NCBI GenBank assembly: GCA_051294375.1
Contig: CM119270.1
Coordinates: 1,397,495 to 1,461,494, forward strand
Direction of reading: 5' to 3'
Source of the DNA: Paraspadella gotoi
Lineage: Eukaryota; Animalia; Chaetognatha
DNA length: 64,000 nucleotides
The notes below the pieces were generated by a model. The model was not told where the DNA came from and did no database searches. It worked only from the letters and a program-made list of their open reading frames with translations. Numbering within the stretch: position 1 is the stretch's first letter; each line of letters opens with the position of its first letter. This document shows positions 24,491 to 38,438 of the stretch, in pieces. Made by a program: the position numbers and the translations under genes.

Positions 24491-26145
24491 AGAGAGAGAA
24501 GAGAGAGAAGAGAGAGAGAGAGAGTCGAGAGAGAGGGAGAGAGAGGGTTATCGAGAACAAAGAAAGTACAAACGAACAAATACGGTAATACTTCATGAAA
24601 TCAAATAAAGAAAAAAATATGGAGAGCCCAAAGACTAAGCGAACGAGAACGCGATATTTTATGAAGGATATCGAACGAAGTGGTAACGTTATACGAAAGA
24701 TACGAAGAAGCGCTACAGGGATTACGAAGAACGGATATGGGATATCGGAAAACGAGAAGGATAAACGCGAAGGATACGAATGATTAGCTGAGGTTACGGG
24801 ATCACTTAGAACGAGAAGGAACTAGTGTTAACGTGACGGACAACATACTACAAGAGAAGACGACAACAAGAAGAAACGAACGAACGATACGAACGATATT
24901 ACTGGAATTACTGAAATCTGAGTGGACCATACGAACGTCAACGATTCTCCAAGTTATTCGTCTGTGTTGAACTCGGGTAAAAATAAGAATCGAAATATCG
25001 AGAGAAAATAACGAAAGAAAAATGGAGGAGAGAAGAGGATGACGACGACGATGACGACTACGACGATGACGAGATGATGACGATTGAAAATGACATTGAG
25101 GATTGTAAATATCAGTGAATCTAAGTTAAAACAAAAAAAGTTATATGTTGGATAAGAATAAAGACATAGACGACAACGACAACAAAGACGTTAAAAATGG
25201 CGCCAGAAACGACCGACGACGAAACGACGACGACGACGACGACGACGAAAAATGCCGGCGAACATCTTTCTACTTCTCTTATTCAAATTTCTTAGAGGAA
25301 GAAAAATCTTTTTTTTTTGGGAGCGAAAAAAAGAAAATGATGATTGGGATTGAAGACAGAATTGGGGGGGAGAGAAGAAGAGGAGAGAGAGAGAGAGAGG
25401 AGAGAGAGAAGAAGAGAGAGAGAAATATATGAAATATTGAAAGTAAAAAGCTGGGCTTGAGGCCAGTGTTTTACACGGCCTTTTTTAAAAAAGCTACGTT
25501 TTTTTTGAGAAAATTATTACTCATATAATACAAGAACTATGTTATTCTACTATTCTTCTAGTTTTAGAGAGAGAGAAAGAAGAGAGAGAGAGGCAAGGAG
25601 AGAGAGAGAGGAGAGGGATGAGTGTAGAGGAGAGAGGGGCAAGAAGAGGAGAGGAAGAGAGAGGAGAGGAGAGAGAGGTGAGGGAGATATGAAGGAGAGA
25701 GACGAGGAGATGAGAGAATTAGAGATAGATGAGAGAATAGAGCGACGAGAGAGAGAGAGACGAGAGAGAAATGAGAGAGCGAGAGACGAAGAGATGAGGC
25801 AGAGAAGAGAGAGAGAGAGGAGAGAGAGTAAGATCTAGAGGAGAGAGAAGACGAGAGAGAGAGACGATGAGAGAGAGACGGAGAGAGAGAGAGATGAGAG
25901 AGAGAGGAGACGAGAGAGAGAGAAAGAGGGTTAAATAAGGAAAGTGGTGAATGATTAAGAAAAGGAATGAGAGCATACTGGGAGCAAACAGAGCCAGAGC
26001 TGAGTTTTAACGCAATAATGATAAAAATGCTTAATGAGCTGGTTTATTAGGGTGGAGTTGAATGAAATTATTGAGTGATGCAACATTATTTTTTTGCTGC
26101 CTATGGATATATAATTAATGAATTTAATTCTTTTTAAAATTTTTT

Positions 26146-26610
26146 TATTTTAGGCACATAACAGGACTATTAGCAAAATTCATTATTTAGTAGCTAATAT
26201 CCTTATAAAATCGTCAAAATTTCAAAATAATTTTTTTTTATTTTAAGAACTGATTTTAGAATTCGCTGTAAAAAAACTAAGAATTTTTATAATAATAGTT
26301 ATATGATATTTTAATGGTTGATCACAAAAAATGGACTAAAATACATTTTAACATATATAAGTTTCTACTTACAGAGAATAAAAAAGATCAGGAATTTTCA
26401 CCTTTTTCTTATAACATTGAAGTGATGACAAGAATTTTTTGATAACATATTTTTATATTTTTGATTCAACTTTTTCAGAAGAATGCTGAATCTTTATTAA
26501 AAGTTTTAGAAAAATTATTTTAAAATTTTACTATTTTATAAGGATATTACTACAAACATACACTTAATTTACTATCTAGCTTCCCGATGATAATATGAAC
26601 CAAAATATTT
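26146..26610. mobile_element. AT-rich foldback/MITE-like element with long degenerate inverted arms
   Basis: gtagctaatatccttataaaatcgtcaaaatttcaaaataattttt (~26190-26236) matches the reverse complement of aaaaattattttaaaattttactattttataaggatattactac (~26510-26553). Weaker similarity extends over ~160 bp per arm. Confidence 0.6.
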
Positions 26611-27941
26611 TTTTGTACTAGCTTAATCATACTATCTCACATCAAAATCATTGTTCGATCATTCAAATTAATTTTTGTTCTGAGTGCTCCACGCTACTGT
26701 TTATTGCCCACAATTTTAAACAATAAATCGAATCGATAAATAAAATTGTTTACCAAATTTCAAAGTTTACACTACTTGGCGGAGGTTTCAGGTTTTGGGT
26801 TCTAATGGTTGGGCTTAAGGAAGGGAAAGGCACGTCTTGATTTTCATTGTCCGCGCGAGCGAAGAAATATTATTTCCCTACACCACAACGCGCAAAATAT
26901 TTTCTGACGATCTCACGCATGCTCTGATACATTTAGTCAAAAATCGCCGTTCGGTATCACAAGGAATTATCACAAGCAAGACTAGAGAGAGGCTGGGAGG
27001 ACTCAACCAGCGCACTAAAATTCCCTTCTTCTGCTCTCTCTCTCCTCTCTCTCTCCTCTCTCTCTCCCTCTCTCTCTCTCTTCTCTCTCTACTCTCTCTC
27101 ATCCTCTCTCTTCTCTCTTCTCCCACGAAGAAACAACGCAACAAAATCTGGTAGCGGCAAAACCTTAAGGCCCAAAAACGATATTAAGGAGATAGATGAT
27201 CCGAGAGGTATGGCAGAGAATGATGGGTAGCTGAGAGATCTTTTTTTTTTTTCTGTGTCCACTTTTCTTTCTAGATAGAATTAGCAAAGAACTTAATTAC
27301 TGAATTCAATGCGTATCTTGGAGTATAGTGTTTTTTTACGAGAGAATAAAATGCCTTTCCTTGGAAAAAATTACGATTCAAGGGACGTTACGGGAGCTTC
27401 TATGCTCCAAATACTTTATGCCGGGCTCATTAGACCCACAAGATTATACATAAGATTGAAAGAGAGAGGAGAGTAAAATGAACTATCGAGACGCGCGCAA
27501 ACTCGATCTTAAATGAAAAGAGTAACAAGATTTCGGACCAGACAGAAAGACGACCGATTGCTCGACGATGATGACTCGTCGTGTTGAAGAGAGACTCGGT
27601 ACGACCTGGACTCGATGACTTTGCGAGAGGATGATGGATCTAGAGAGAGAGAGAGATACCGAAAAAACAAGAAAAGTAAGTTAAAAATTAAAAGACAAAC
27701 AAAAGAAAAGAGTTGAGATTGTACGAGAAAGAAAGAGAGATGATGAGTGGACCCGTACTCTCGCTCTGAAAGGATTGCGGCTGCGAGAATCGGAGCATGG
27801 AAGGAAGAGAGAGAGAGAGAGAAAAGAGAGAGATAGAAAAGCGGGAAACCATAAAAAAATAACAGATAGAACCCTTCTTTTTAAGTTTTTCGAGAAGTCG
27901 TGATCCTCTCTCTCTCTCTCAACCACCCAATCTCTTTCTAT

Positions 27942-27978
<37 letters not shown>

Positions 27979-28520
27979 TCTCTCTCTCTCTCTCTACTCT
28001 CCTCTCTCTCCCTCTCTACCCCTCCCTCTCTCTCCCCTCTTTTTATATTTCATTCCAAACAAAACTAATTGTTCGCGACCAGAGAGCAAAAGAGGGAGGG
28101 ACGATCCTTTTCTTGTTTGCGTATCCATTACTTTCGATTCTCCTTCAGAATCTTTTTTATTTCAAGCATTGATTGGTTGGTTGGTTGGTTGCGTGTTTTC
28201 TTGGTTGTTTAATTAGATTTTTTTCTCTCTTTTTGATTTGTTTCATTCATTCTTTCTTTCTTTTTCTTTTCTCTTTTTTTCCTTCTTTCTCTCTTTTTCA
28301 TGTCTTTCTTTCTCTCCTTCTTTCTATCTTTCTTTCCTTCATTCATGCTACCTTTCTTTCTATCTTTCTTTTTTTTCTTTCCCCCCTCCCCCCCTTTTCA
28401 TATTTTCCCTCCCCTGTGATTCTCACTCTCACTGAAGAAAATATTCTTGACAGAGAGTCGACACAAGTTGCAGAGGATTGTGTTTTACCATTTCCCATCG
28501 GAGATTAGCCAGGTTAGTTC

Positions 28521-28557
<37 letters not shown>

Positions 28558-28561
28558 CTCA

Positions 28562-28607
<46 letters not shown>

Positions 28608-29059
28608 CCCCCTCTTTCTCTCCTTCTGATAAAGAAATAAGAAGAACAAATAAAAATTCAACTAAAACGAAATGAAAAAGAATTAAATAAAAAAATTCTC
28701 AGCGGGAAATTTTTTCTCTCAAACCAGTGAACGGGGATTCGAAGTTGATAAACGGAGTATTTTTCTTAAAATTAGAATATTATTAACAATAATAAATATT
28801 GATATGTTCTCAGAAAGAAATAATTATACTGTCAGCAGGCAATGAATGTTTTTTACAATATACCGGACAGCGTAATCCACGGTTTTGTTTTTTTAAATTT
28901 TTGCATTTACAATTTTGGCTGAATTGAACAAAAAAAATATGCTAATGTATACTACATCATGAAACACTACTTTTTCATGTTTTCTTTAAGGAGACTAAAT
29001 AATTAAATAATTACATATTGTGTATACTGTATAGACTTTCGATTTCGTTGCTTTTGGGA

Positions 29060-29231
29060 ATTAGGAAGAAAAACAATTTTGATTTATTTTTTACAACGAA
29101 TTATGTATTGACAGTTGAGCAGACATGTTTCGACTCTGCATTTTAGAGTCTTCATCAATACTTCATGAAAACTGTCAATACATAATTCGTTGTAAAAAAA
29201 AAAACAAATAAAAATTGTTTTTCTTCCTAAT
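29060..29231. repeat. Long inverted repeat (hairpin) enclosing the hammerhead motif
   Basis: Left arm attaggaagaaaaacaatttt...ttacaacgaattatgtattgacagtt (29060-29116) is the near-perfect reverse complement of aactgtcaatacataattcgttgtaa...aaaattgtttttcttcctaat (29170-29231). Confidence 0.9.
29117..29164 (-). ncRNA. Minimal type I hammerhead ribozyme motif (Penelope-like-element type), C3U variant
   Basis: Minus strand: gaagta-TTGATGA-A-GACTCT-aaaatgc-AGAGTC-GAAA-C-AT-G-TC^-tgctc. Perfect 6-bp stem II, palindromic minimal stem III (ACATGT), GUC cleavage triplet, short stem I. Confidence 0.7.
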
Positions 29232-29548
29232 AATTACATATAAATAAAACCAAATTTTTATTCCGATTTAATTAAATCTCGAGTGTCTTTTGTTCAAATG
29301 TTTTCGCGACGATAATTTTCACTTCTTCAATTTTTCCGCTTGAGGTCGGGAGCCGCGCCTCGCCTATTGACTCAGCACTTACCCGGCAACCGACAAATCA
29401 AATCTGGAGCCAGTTAGATATGAGGGCAAAGAAGAATCATACTGTTGTAACCCAATGTAAGCAGTAGAAAAATTTTTGGGATGAACGTAAAATGTTCAAT
29501 CCGTTGTAATTTTGATATGTAACATCAAAACTCTTCTCTCTCTCTCCT

Positions 29549-29625
<77 letters not shown>

Positions 29626-29845
29626 ACCCTCGTTTCGTCACAAAAAGAACCTTCACGAAAACACTTACCTCACAAGAAGTTCGTCCCCTTTTTCTTTCCC
29701 TTTTCCTTCGTCACGCCTTAACTTTTTGCGAGGCTGGAAAAGGTGAGGTCCCGAGTTCTCCGCGGGTTCGGGTAAGTTCGAAGTGGAACCAGAATGTCTG
29801 AGGCTGATGCCACATTTTCCGAAGGTGAGTCGTGAAGAGGGTAAG

Positions 29846-29935
<90 letters not shown>

Positions 29936-31345
29936 TTCCTCCAATAAACCGCGCATCATATATTTACGCTGTCATTTATCTCACGTCACATGTCACATAT
30001 TTTATCATATCAGATATCATTGTTCGAAAATTCCTCTCGCACTCATAAGATTCCATGAGACCTACATTTTTTTAAAATCCGAATTAAAAAAAAAAACGTT
30101 ACGCGTAAATTCCTTTTCTTTTTTTTTGAGGCGAAATTCTTCCCGGGTCGATTTTTCCTCAGCCGCGGCGGAGCAGGAGCTGCTGGTGCCGCGGCGCAGC
30201 AGGGGCTGCTGCTGCAGCGGCGGAGCAGGGGCTGCTGCTTCAGCGACGGAGCAGGGGCTGCTGCTGCCGCGGCGACGGACGACGCAGCCACCCCTCACCA
30301 CAGTGTTTTGACCTCCATTATTTTACGAATACTTTATTATAATATCTTATACGAAAACTAGGGCATAAATTAATTTTAAACCTCGTGTAGTATAGATGCT
30401 CCCTCTATTTCCAGAAGACAACACTAAAATCCCTCTCCCCATAATATTATAAACTATGAAATATAACAATAATTAAATTTAAAACTTTAAAACTTTTTTT
30501 TAGAACTCTTTATAAGTAAATAAATTCGTTTTAACTGTCAAATTGTTTCTTTTATTTAAGAAAAAAATAATTATTCGCTTAAATTTAATCAATTTTAGTG
30601 TAACTTGTAGAGTGCATAATTAAGTCGCGGCAAGTAGCGCGACTTTCTAAAGATAGAAAAAGAAAATAAAAATTTAAGGTATTTCAAATTTCACCAAGAT
30701 TTCGTACCTCTTTAAAATAGGTCATTATTTGAGGTGATGGTTCGGCTGACCCTTTTTTTGGCTCAACTTATTTAGCCTTATGATTAAATTAAAAGATATT
30801 TTTAACAAAAAAATGATGCCGCATCAATATTTATTTTCATAGAATTGTAAATATGTCAATTTTTTGGTATCCTTTCGATGTAGAAGCAAGATTTTTAAGT
30901 ATGATTTTTTTACTGCAACATGCAAATGAGAATATAGTTAATTCTTTTGACGATTTTTTAATTTGTTATTTCAACGGTTCAATGTTAAAAAAACAACCCT
31001 CATTTTTGATTCAATAAGTAGATAAATATTTTATGTGCAAATTAAATAATGGAAATAAATGAAATAAACCCCATTTGGCATTATTTTGTTACACGGGATC
31101 AATTTTTGTCTCATCGTCGTGTTCCTCGTCTTTGTAATGGAACCCCGGGTGCTTCTCTGCTCCAGGAGAGAAGCCCAGCGGGAGTGGACTCCTATAGGGG
31201 GGAGAGAGAGAAAGAGGGTGGTGTCTCTTTAAGGGAAGAAGCTAAGAGAGAGAGAGAGAAGAGAAGATGAGGAGAGAAGAAAAAAAGAGAGAAGAGAGAG
31301 AGAGAGATTGAGAGAGAGAGAGAGAGGGGCTCTTAACGGAGGAGC

Positions 31346-31383
<38 letters not shown>

Positions 31384-31798
31384 GAGAGAGAGAGAGAGGG
31401 ATGAGAGAAGGAAGATTAACAATCATAAGGGGTATTCACTGGCGTGGGGGGGGGGGGGGGGGGGGGGGGGGTGGGGGGGGGTGGTGGGGGGGGGGGGGGG
31501 GCGTGGGGGGGCGAGATGGGGAGGTTTGAAAAGCAGATCATAATTTCTGAAATTTCACCACTCGAGTGGGGAGAATCGACGCTGGACTTTTCGAGATGAA
31601 AGAGAGAGAAAATTGTGGGGGAATTAGAATGAAGGAGAAGGGGGGGTAGGTGGGGAGAGGGGGAAGGGGGTAGGGGGGGGAGGGAGAGTGAAGACAAGCG
31701 GGGGACGAAGAGAGAGGGGGGAAAGAAACATAAAAGAAGAAAAATATAGTAAGGACAGAAAACAATTTAACGAGGTAATCGTATAAAATTGTATCAAA

Positions 31799-32562
31799 AT
31801 GAGTTCAAGATTAATTTCGAGCTTCAATTAATATTGCGTCATTATATTCCTATTTAATTTTTTCGACTGCCGTTTCTATGGATGAGTGACGACTCCAGTG
31901 TCAGTTCTTCTCATCATCTCAGGCTCAGGTTCGAGCAAAATTGACAATCTGACCGGACGCATCCTGGCACTGCTTGGAAAATCTCTTAAAGGAAACTGAG
32001 TTTATGGACTTTTTAAGAGGTTTCCACTTTTAAGTATCAACCACATGAGTGGAAGTCTTATTTAATATCCAATCCTTGAACTCAGTTGCAGAAACAAAGA
32101 TATCGAGGAAAGTGCAGCGGATTCGTCGGAGATCAAAAGAGGAGAGGAACCGAGAGACGAAATTAATCTCCGAAATTGAAATAAAATTAAATATAATGAA
32201 GATTGCANNNNNNNNNNNNNNNNNNNNNNNNNATGAGTTTCAGATATATTTCGAGCTCAATTAATATTGCGTCATTATATTCCTATTTACTTTTCGCTGC
32301 GTTTCTCTGCGATTAGCGACGACTCACGCTCAAGGTTCGAGCAAATTGACAATCTGACCGGACCATCTGCTTGAAATCTCTAAAGGAAACTACAGTGGGG
32401 ACTTTTAAGTATCAATCTTTTAAGTATCAACTACAGTGGAGTCTTTTAAGTATCAATCTTGAACTCGTTACAACAAAGAATCGAGAAGTGCGAGCGATTG
32501 TCGGAGATCAAAAGAGGGAGAGAAAACAAGAGCGAAATAATTCTCGAAATATGAAATAAATT
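31799..32562. other. Direct duplication across a 25-N gap (overfilled gap)
   Basis: atgagtt...cgagct.caattaatattgcgtcattatattcctattta...ggttcgagcaaa.ttgacaatctgaccgga occurs at ~31800 and again at ~32233. Confidence 0.85.
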
Positions 32563-33685
32563 AAAATTTTAAAAAGATAATACTTACAAATTAATGTTTT
32601 TTAAAAAAAAAATTGTTTAACTATGCGTAAGTCGCTAGAAAAAAAAAAATTTTCGGGTGCAGAAAAAAAATATGTTCATTTGTTGACATCGAGAAAAATT
32701 TTGAGAATAATTTTGAGTCAGATGAAGAAGCGACAAAAAAAAAAAAAAAACGACGCAAAAAATCAGCAAAACATTAAAAAACAGAAAAAAACAAACAAAA
32801 CGGGAAGAGAAAACATTTTTCGAAGCGTTGGCGGGAGGAAAAAGAACTTTGGGTGAACGCGGCCAAAAAAATTGAGTAAAAAAAGTCACACGAACGTAAA
32901 CAAACAAACAAACAAACAAACANNNNNNNNNNNNNNNNNNNNNNNNNNNNNNNNNNNNNNNNNNNNNNNNNNNNNNNNNNNNNNNNNNNNNNNNNNNNNN
33001 NNNNNNNNNNNNNNNNNNNNNNNNNNNNNNNNNNNNNNNNNNNNNNNNNNNNNNNNNNNNNNNNNNNNNNNNNNNNNNNNNNNNNNNNNNNNNNNNNNNN
33101 NNGAGAGGGTGAAAGAGTGAGGAAAGGAATGAATGCGTCTTGAAGGGTAAGTATAAAGGGTAAGGATGCCTGGGAATGCAGTTAATTTCTTAGCTCGTTC
33201 GTAGTTAGACAATAGTCTTAATTAAAGAGAGAGAAAACGTCGGACGAACGACAAAACAAAAGGGAAACGAAGGAAAAGTAAAAGGAAAAAGGGTAAGTTC
33301 TCCTCCCCCGCTGCTGCCCCCCCCTATTCGGGTAAGTGGAGGCGAAAAAAAAACATAAGGAAAAAGAGAAAAAAGTGACTTTGGGGGAAAAAAACAGAAG
33401 TNNNNNNNNNNNNNNNNNNNNNNNNNNNNNNNNNNNNNNNNNNNNNNNNNNNNNNNNNNNNNNNNNNNNNNNNNNNNNNNNNNNNNNNNNNNNNNNNNNN
33501 NNNNNNNNNNNNNNNNNNNNNNNNNNNNNNNNNNNNNNNNNNNNNNNNNNNNNNNNNNNNNNNNNNNNNNNNNNNNNNNNNNNNNNNNNNNNNNNNNNNN
33601 NNNNNNNNNNNNNNNNNNNNNNNNNNNNNNNNNNNNNNNNNNNNNNNNNNNNNNNNNNNNNNNNNNNNNNNNNNNNNNNNNNNNN

Positions 33686-33723
<38 letters not shown>

Positions 33724-33796
33724 ACTAAACAAAAGCTCAACTTTCCTACGCTTGGATAAATAAGTCAATATTAGATAGACGCTCGCTTCGAAGTCT

Positions 33797-33828
<32 letters not shown>

Positions 33829-35890
33829 TAAGGGTGACATTGTCGAAATGCTTTTTCCCAAATTTTGAGCAAAATGCAAATATTGAAAATCAGATTTTCT
33901 CTCCGCCAAAAAAAAANNNNNNNNNNNNNNNNNNNNNNNNNNNNNNNNNNNNNNNNNNNNNNNNNNNNNNNNNNNNNNNNNNNNNNNNNNNNNNNNNNNN
34001 NNNNNNNNNNNNNNNNNNNNNNNNNNNNNNNNNNNNNNNNNNNNNNNNNNNNNNNNNNNNNNNNNNNNNNNNNNNNNNNNNNNNNNNNNNNNNNNNNNNN
34101 NNNNNNNNNNNNNNNNNNNNNNNNNNNNNNNNNNNNNNNNNNNNNNNNNNNNNNNNNNNNNNNNNNNNNNNNNNNNNNNNNNNNNTTTTTTTTTTCGTTT
34201 TCTGAGATAGACTTTTGTTTTTTTTTGGTTTTGTGTCTCGTTTTATTCCTGAGACGCATAAACCGTTTTTGATAATATGACCTTAATTTTGAATATTTTG
34301 ACTTCTGGCAGGAAAACCATGTTTATTTGCGATTGGCATATATTTGGCACTAAATAATACAGGGGAAAAATATGGATTCATTCGAATTATTATCCGCTTT
34401 GGCAGGAAAATGAAACATTTAACGTATTTCAACAATAAAAATAGATACTGAATGGTGCATAAGTAGTAGATGATACAACAAGGAAGCAAATTAGTAAAAG
34501 TTAATTTGACCGAATCTTAAGCAGAAGCATTTTTAACTCAAAGAAACTGAAAATTAAAAAAAAAAAAAAAAAAAAACTGGTTCGATTTTGCCCAAATTTT
34601 TGCCAACTTCATTGAGCTCAGACTTTTGTGGGTGTGGTTCAAAAAAGATTGATCTTTATTGCGCGACTTTGGTTGTCGCTGACATCAAATGTCATTGGGA
34701 TCGTCGTCGTCTGTGTCGTCGTCGTCATCGTCTTCTTTATCGTCGTAATTGTCGTCGTCTTCGTCGTTGTTGTTGTTGTCATTACTGTCGTCCTTTAAAA
34801 TCGATTTCCGACTTTAAAAAAAAAAGTTTCGCTGAGAACTGGACATGTGTTGGACGCTTTCTGTAAGAACGCCGAGGACGACGACGACGACGACGAAGAC
34901 GACGACGACGACTAAGAAGAAAAAGACGACGACGACGACGACGACTAAGAAGAAAAAGACGACGAAGTTAAAAAGAAAAGACAAGTCTAAGAAAAGAATA
35001 AAAAAGGAGTAAAACAAGTGCAAACAAAATATGTTTTTTTTTGTTAAAGGGTATTTTTTTGTTTGCCCCAGCCGCCGCCGCCGCCGGCCGCCGCCCGCCC
35101 TGCCGCCGCCCGCCGCCCACCGCCCTGCCGGCCCTCGCCGCTCGCCGTGCCGCTCGCGCTGTCGCCGCTCGCCGCTCGCCGCTGCGCCGCTCGCCGCTCG
35201 CCGCCAAGATAAAGTTTACAATAACGAAGACGACGACTGCGACGCCGACGACTCGTTGAACTTACTCAGAGCTCGATCTTACTTACCTTATCTTTGCCTT
35301 ACCCTTCAAGCTAAGAGGCCAATCGTCTGAGTTTTTTAGCTCTTAAATTCTCTGACTTTTTAGTCAACTCCTTTTGAATAATGATGTCGATTCTACGATT
35401 TCTCCTTTTGAATCAGACCCAAAAAATGCATTTCGCTGATCCCTAAATTTTTTTTCAACTTCATACCACTTTGCATCCACTTGCGTCTTTCTTTTTCGCT
35501 CCTACCTTTCACTCTCTCTCTCTGTGAAAATTATCCATTCATTTAATAAATAAGCTATCTTGCCCCTGACTTTTTGACAGGCTTTGGTGGTTTAAGGCCT
35601 CGTCACTCTTCCAAGCTTTCAATCAAGACTCTCTCACAGTCTCGTTTATTCACTCTCAGAGTACCTGGCTTCCCTATAAATGAAGTGGTATAATATCTCA
35701 AAGAATGTTTCAATTTTCTCCCCTTGACTTTAACTTACCTTTTCTTCACTTTATCTCCCTTTTTTCCTATCAACATCTCAGTCCTCGCTCGTCAAAAAAA
35801 TTCCGTGCGGGTCAAGAAATCGTGATAAGGAATTTCGGGACTGAGGGGTGAGGGCGACTCGAAGTCTGTCATAACTTTTATCGATGTCAA

Positions 35891-36001
35891 GATAAGCCGT
35901 CTCACAATAAGCCGTCTCACAATAAGCCGTCTCACAATAAGCCGTGTCACAATGAGCCGTGTCACAATAAGCCGTCTCACAATAAGCAGTGCCACAATAA
36001 G
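35891..36001. repeat. 15-bp tandem repeat AATAAGCCGTCTCAC, ~7 copies
   Basis: Visible directly. Confidence 0.95.
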
Positions 36002-37000
36002 TGATGTCGAAAGAAATGAGGTCAGAAGACTCATTAACATAATGGTCAAGATAGCTTATTTTTCAAATGAATGGATAATTTTCATATTGGTTATTCCAAT
36101 TTATATATATGTATATATATATATACTTATCATATTTTTCTCTTTTCGTAAAAAAAAAAATCCATTTGAATTTAATTCTCGGCATCGGGGGAGCGAAAGA
36201 AGATGAAACAGAACTCATAAACATTTAAACAAACAAACATACAAACACAACAAGGCACAAACAAAAAGCTAATCGTTTCCCACAATCAAATTCGCTTTAT
36301 TTATATTCCTTATCGAATCTTTACTCTTCTAATAACAAGAGTCTCTTCCAGTTTTATTGTTTTTTTTTTCTCTTCCTCAAATGTTTTTCCAACAAATTTG
36401 CTTTGTTCATTTTTATTTTCCCGTCAAATTTACTTTGAAATTTTTTTTTCAATCTTTCCCAGTTTTTTTTCTTTTTTTTTCACGCCTTCACAGTTCTTGG
36501 TAGATGGGGTTGTGACTTGTGAGAGTGGTGAAGTGGTCGAGTTGGTGAAAAAAAGGTGGAATTTCGAAATCGGCAGAAAGTCGACGGGTTGTAAAAATAT
36601 TGACATATTTACCCCTAGTCAACGGCGGAGCGGGTCCAGAGCTCTCAATCTCTCGCTCTCTCTCTCTCTTAGGGNNNNNNNNNNNNNNNNNNNNNNNNNN
36701 NNNNNNNNNNNNNNNNNNNNNNNNNNNNNNNNNNNNNNNNNNNNNNNNNNNNNNNNNNNNNNNNNNNNNNNNNNNNNNNNNNNNNNNNNNNNNNNNNNNN
36801 NNNNNNNNNNNNNNNNNNNNNNNNNNNNNNNNNNNNNNNNNNNNNNNNNNNNNNNNNNNNNNNNNNNNNNNNNNNNNNNNNNNNNNNNNNNNNNNNNNNN
36901 NNNNNNNNNAAAACTCAAAAGATTCTCCACGCAAATAAACAAACATCTCAACATCGATTTTCCACCCCATTTTCACTCAAGACAAATAAATTTTTAGCGG

Positions 37001-37066
<66 letters not shown>

Positions 37067-38403
37067 AACGACATCGAAAGAGAGAGAGAGAGAGAGATTG
37101 GGCCGCTGTTTTTTTGCTTGCCTTCTTGGCAAAAGCATATAGAATCAGTAGTAGATTTACATGAAGAATTAAACAAGAAGTAAAACCCGCTAAAACCTCG
37201 AGGACTTTATTTTTTATGTATTTTCTTCTGTCGTCGTCGTCGTCGTCATCGTCGTCGTCGTTGTTGTTTTTTCACGCGATCTTCATTCTGATGTCATGGA
37301 AGAATATTTGTTTATATTTGTTTAATTTTTGTTCGAATGTTTATTTATCCTCTCGTGTCCTCTCATCGCTGGACTTATTTTCTTTTGTTTATTGACAAAT
37401 AATTTAGTTGCGACTCTATTCATTCGTTATTAATTGATCGTTATTTATTATTCGTTGCATTTCGTTTTCATAAGTTGGTAATAATAAGAAATTCTTCTAT
37501 CTTTCTTTCCTAATTTTCTCTTCGTTTTTTTTTTACATTCTGTATCACTTTACTGATTAAAGTATCTCGTATTTGACATTAAAATCTCATTACATTTGAA
37601 ACTAAAATCGCCGCAGAATCATCGACGTCGTCGTCGTCGTCGTCGTCGTTGTTCTCGTCTTCATTGGCTTCTTTTCATCGTCGTCGTCGTCGTCGTCGTC
37701 GTCATCATCGTCGTCACCGTCAAGTGTCAAACTTGGCACTTCGATCCTAAATGGCAGAGTTTAGCTGAAAATCATAACCGAAAACGACGACGAAGACGAC
37801 GATGCTTCGCACGCCTTTAATCTCATTTGCATATTGCAGAAAAAATATCTTGTAAAGTGTTGATATGATAGCTTATTATTCAGTACTACTATTTACTATT
37901 TTACTGTTTTTTACTGTTTTAATAGAGGTATTTTAATTAACTAACCGACCAGTGTCTACTTATTGATAAATAACTTTGAAATTTAATTATACTCGGTCTG
38001 AACCGGCATTTGCATAATAGTAAAATCTGAGAAGCTTAGACTTTACGAGCGTGAAATAGAAAAGATATTTCACACTATATTCAACTTACTAATATTGTTT
38101 TCTTTATGAACATATTATCTTACTAATATTTTAATTATACATATACATGGCAAAGATGCGGAGAAAGAACATGTCAGATCGAGAGAGATAGCGAGTGAAA
38201 GAGAGGGAGAAAGAGAGAGAGAGAGAGAGAGAGAGANNNNNNNNNNNNNNNNNNNNNNNNNNNNNNNNNNNNNNNNNNNNNNNNNNNNNNNNNNNNNNNN
38301 NNNNNNNNNNNNNNNNNNNNNNNNNNNNNNNNNNNNNNNNNNNNNNNNNNNNNNNNNNNNNNNNNNNNNNNNNNNNNNNNNNNNNNNNNNNNNNNNNNNN
38401 NNN

Positions 38404-38438
<35 letters not shown>

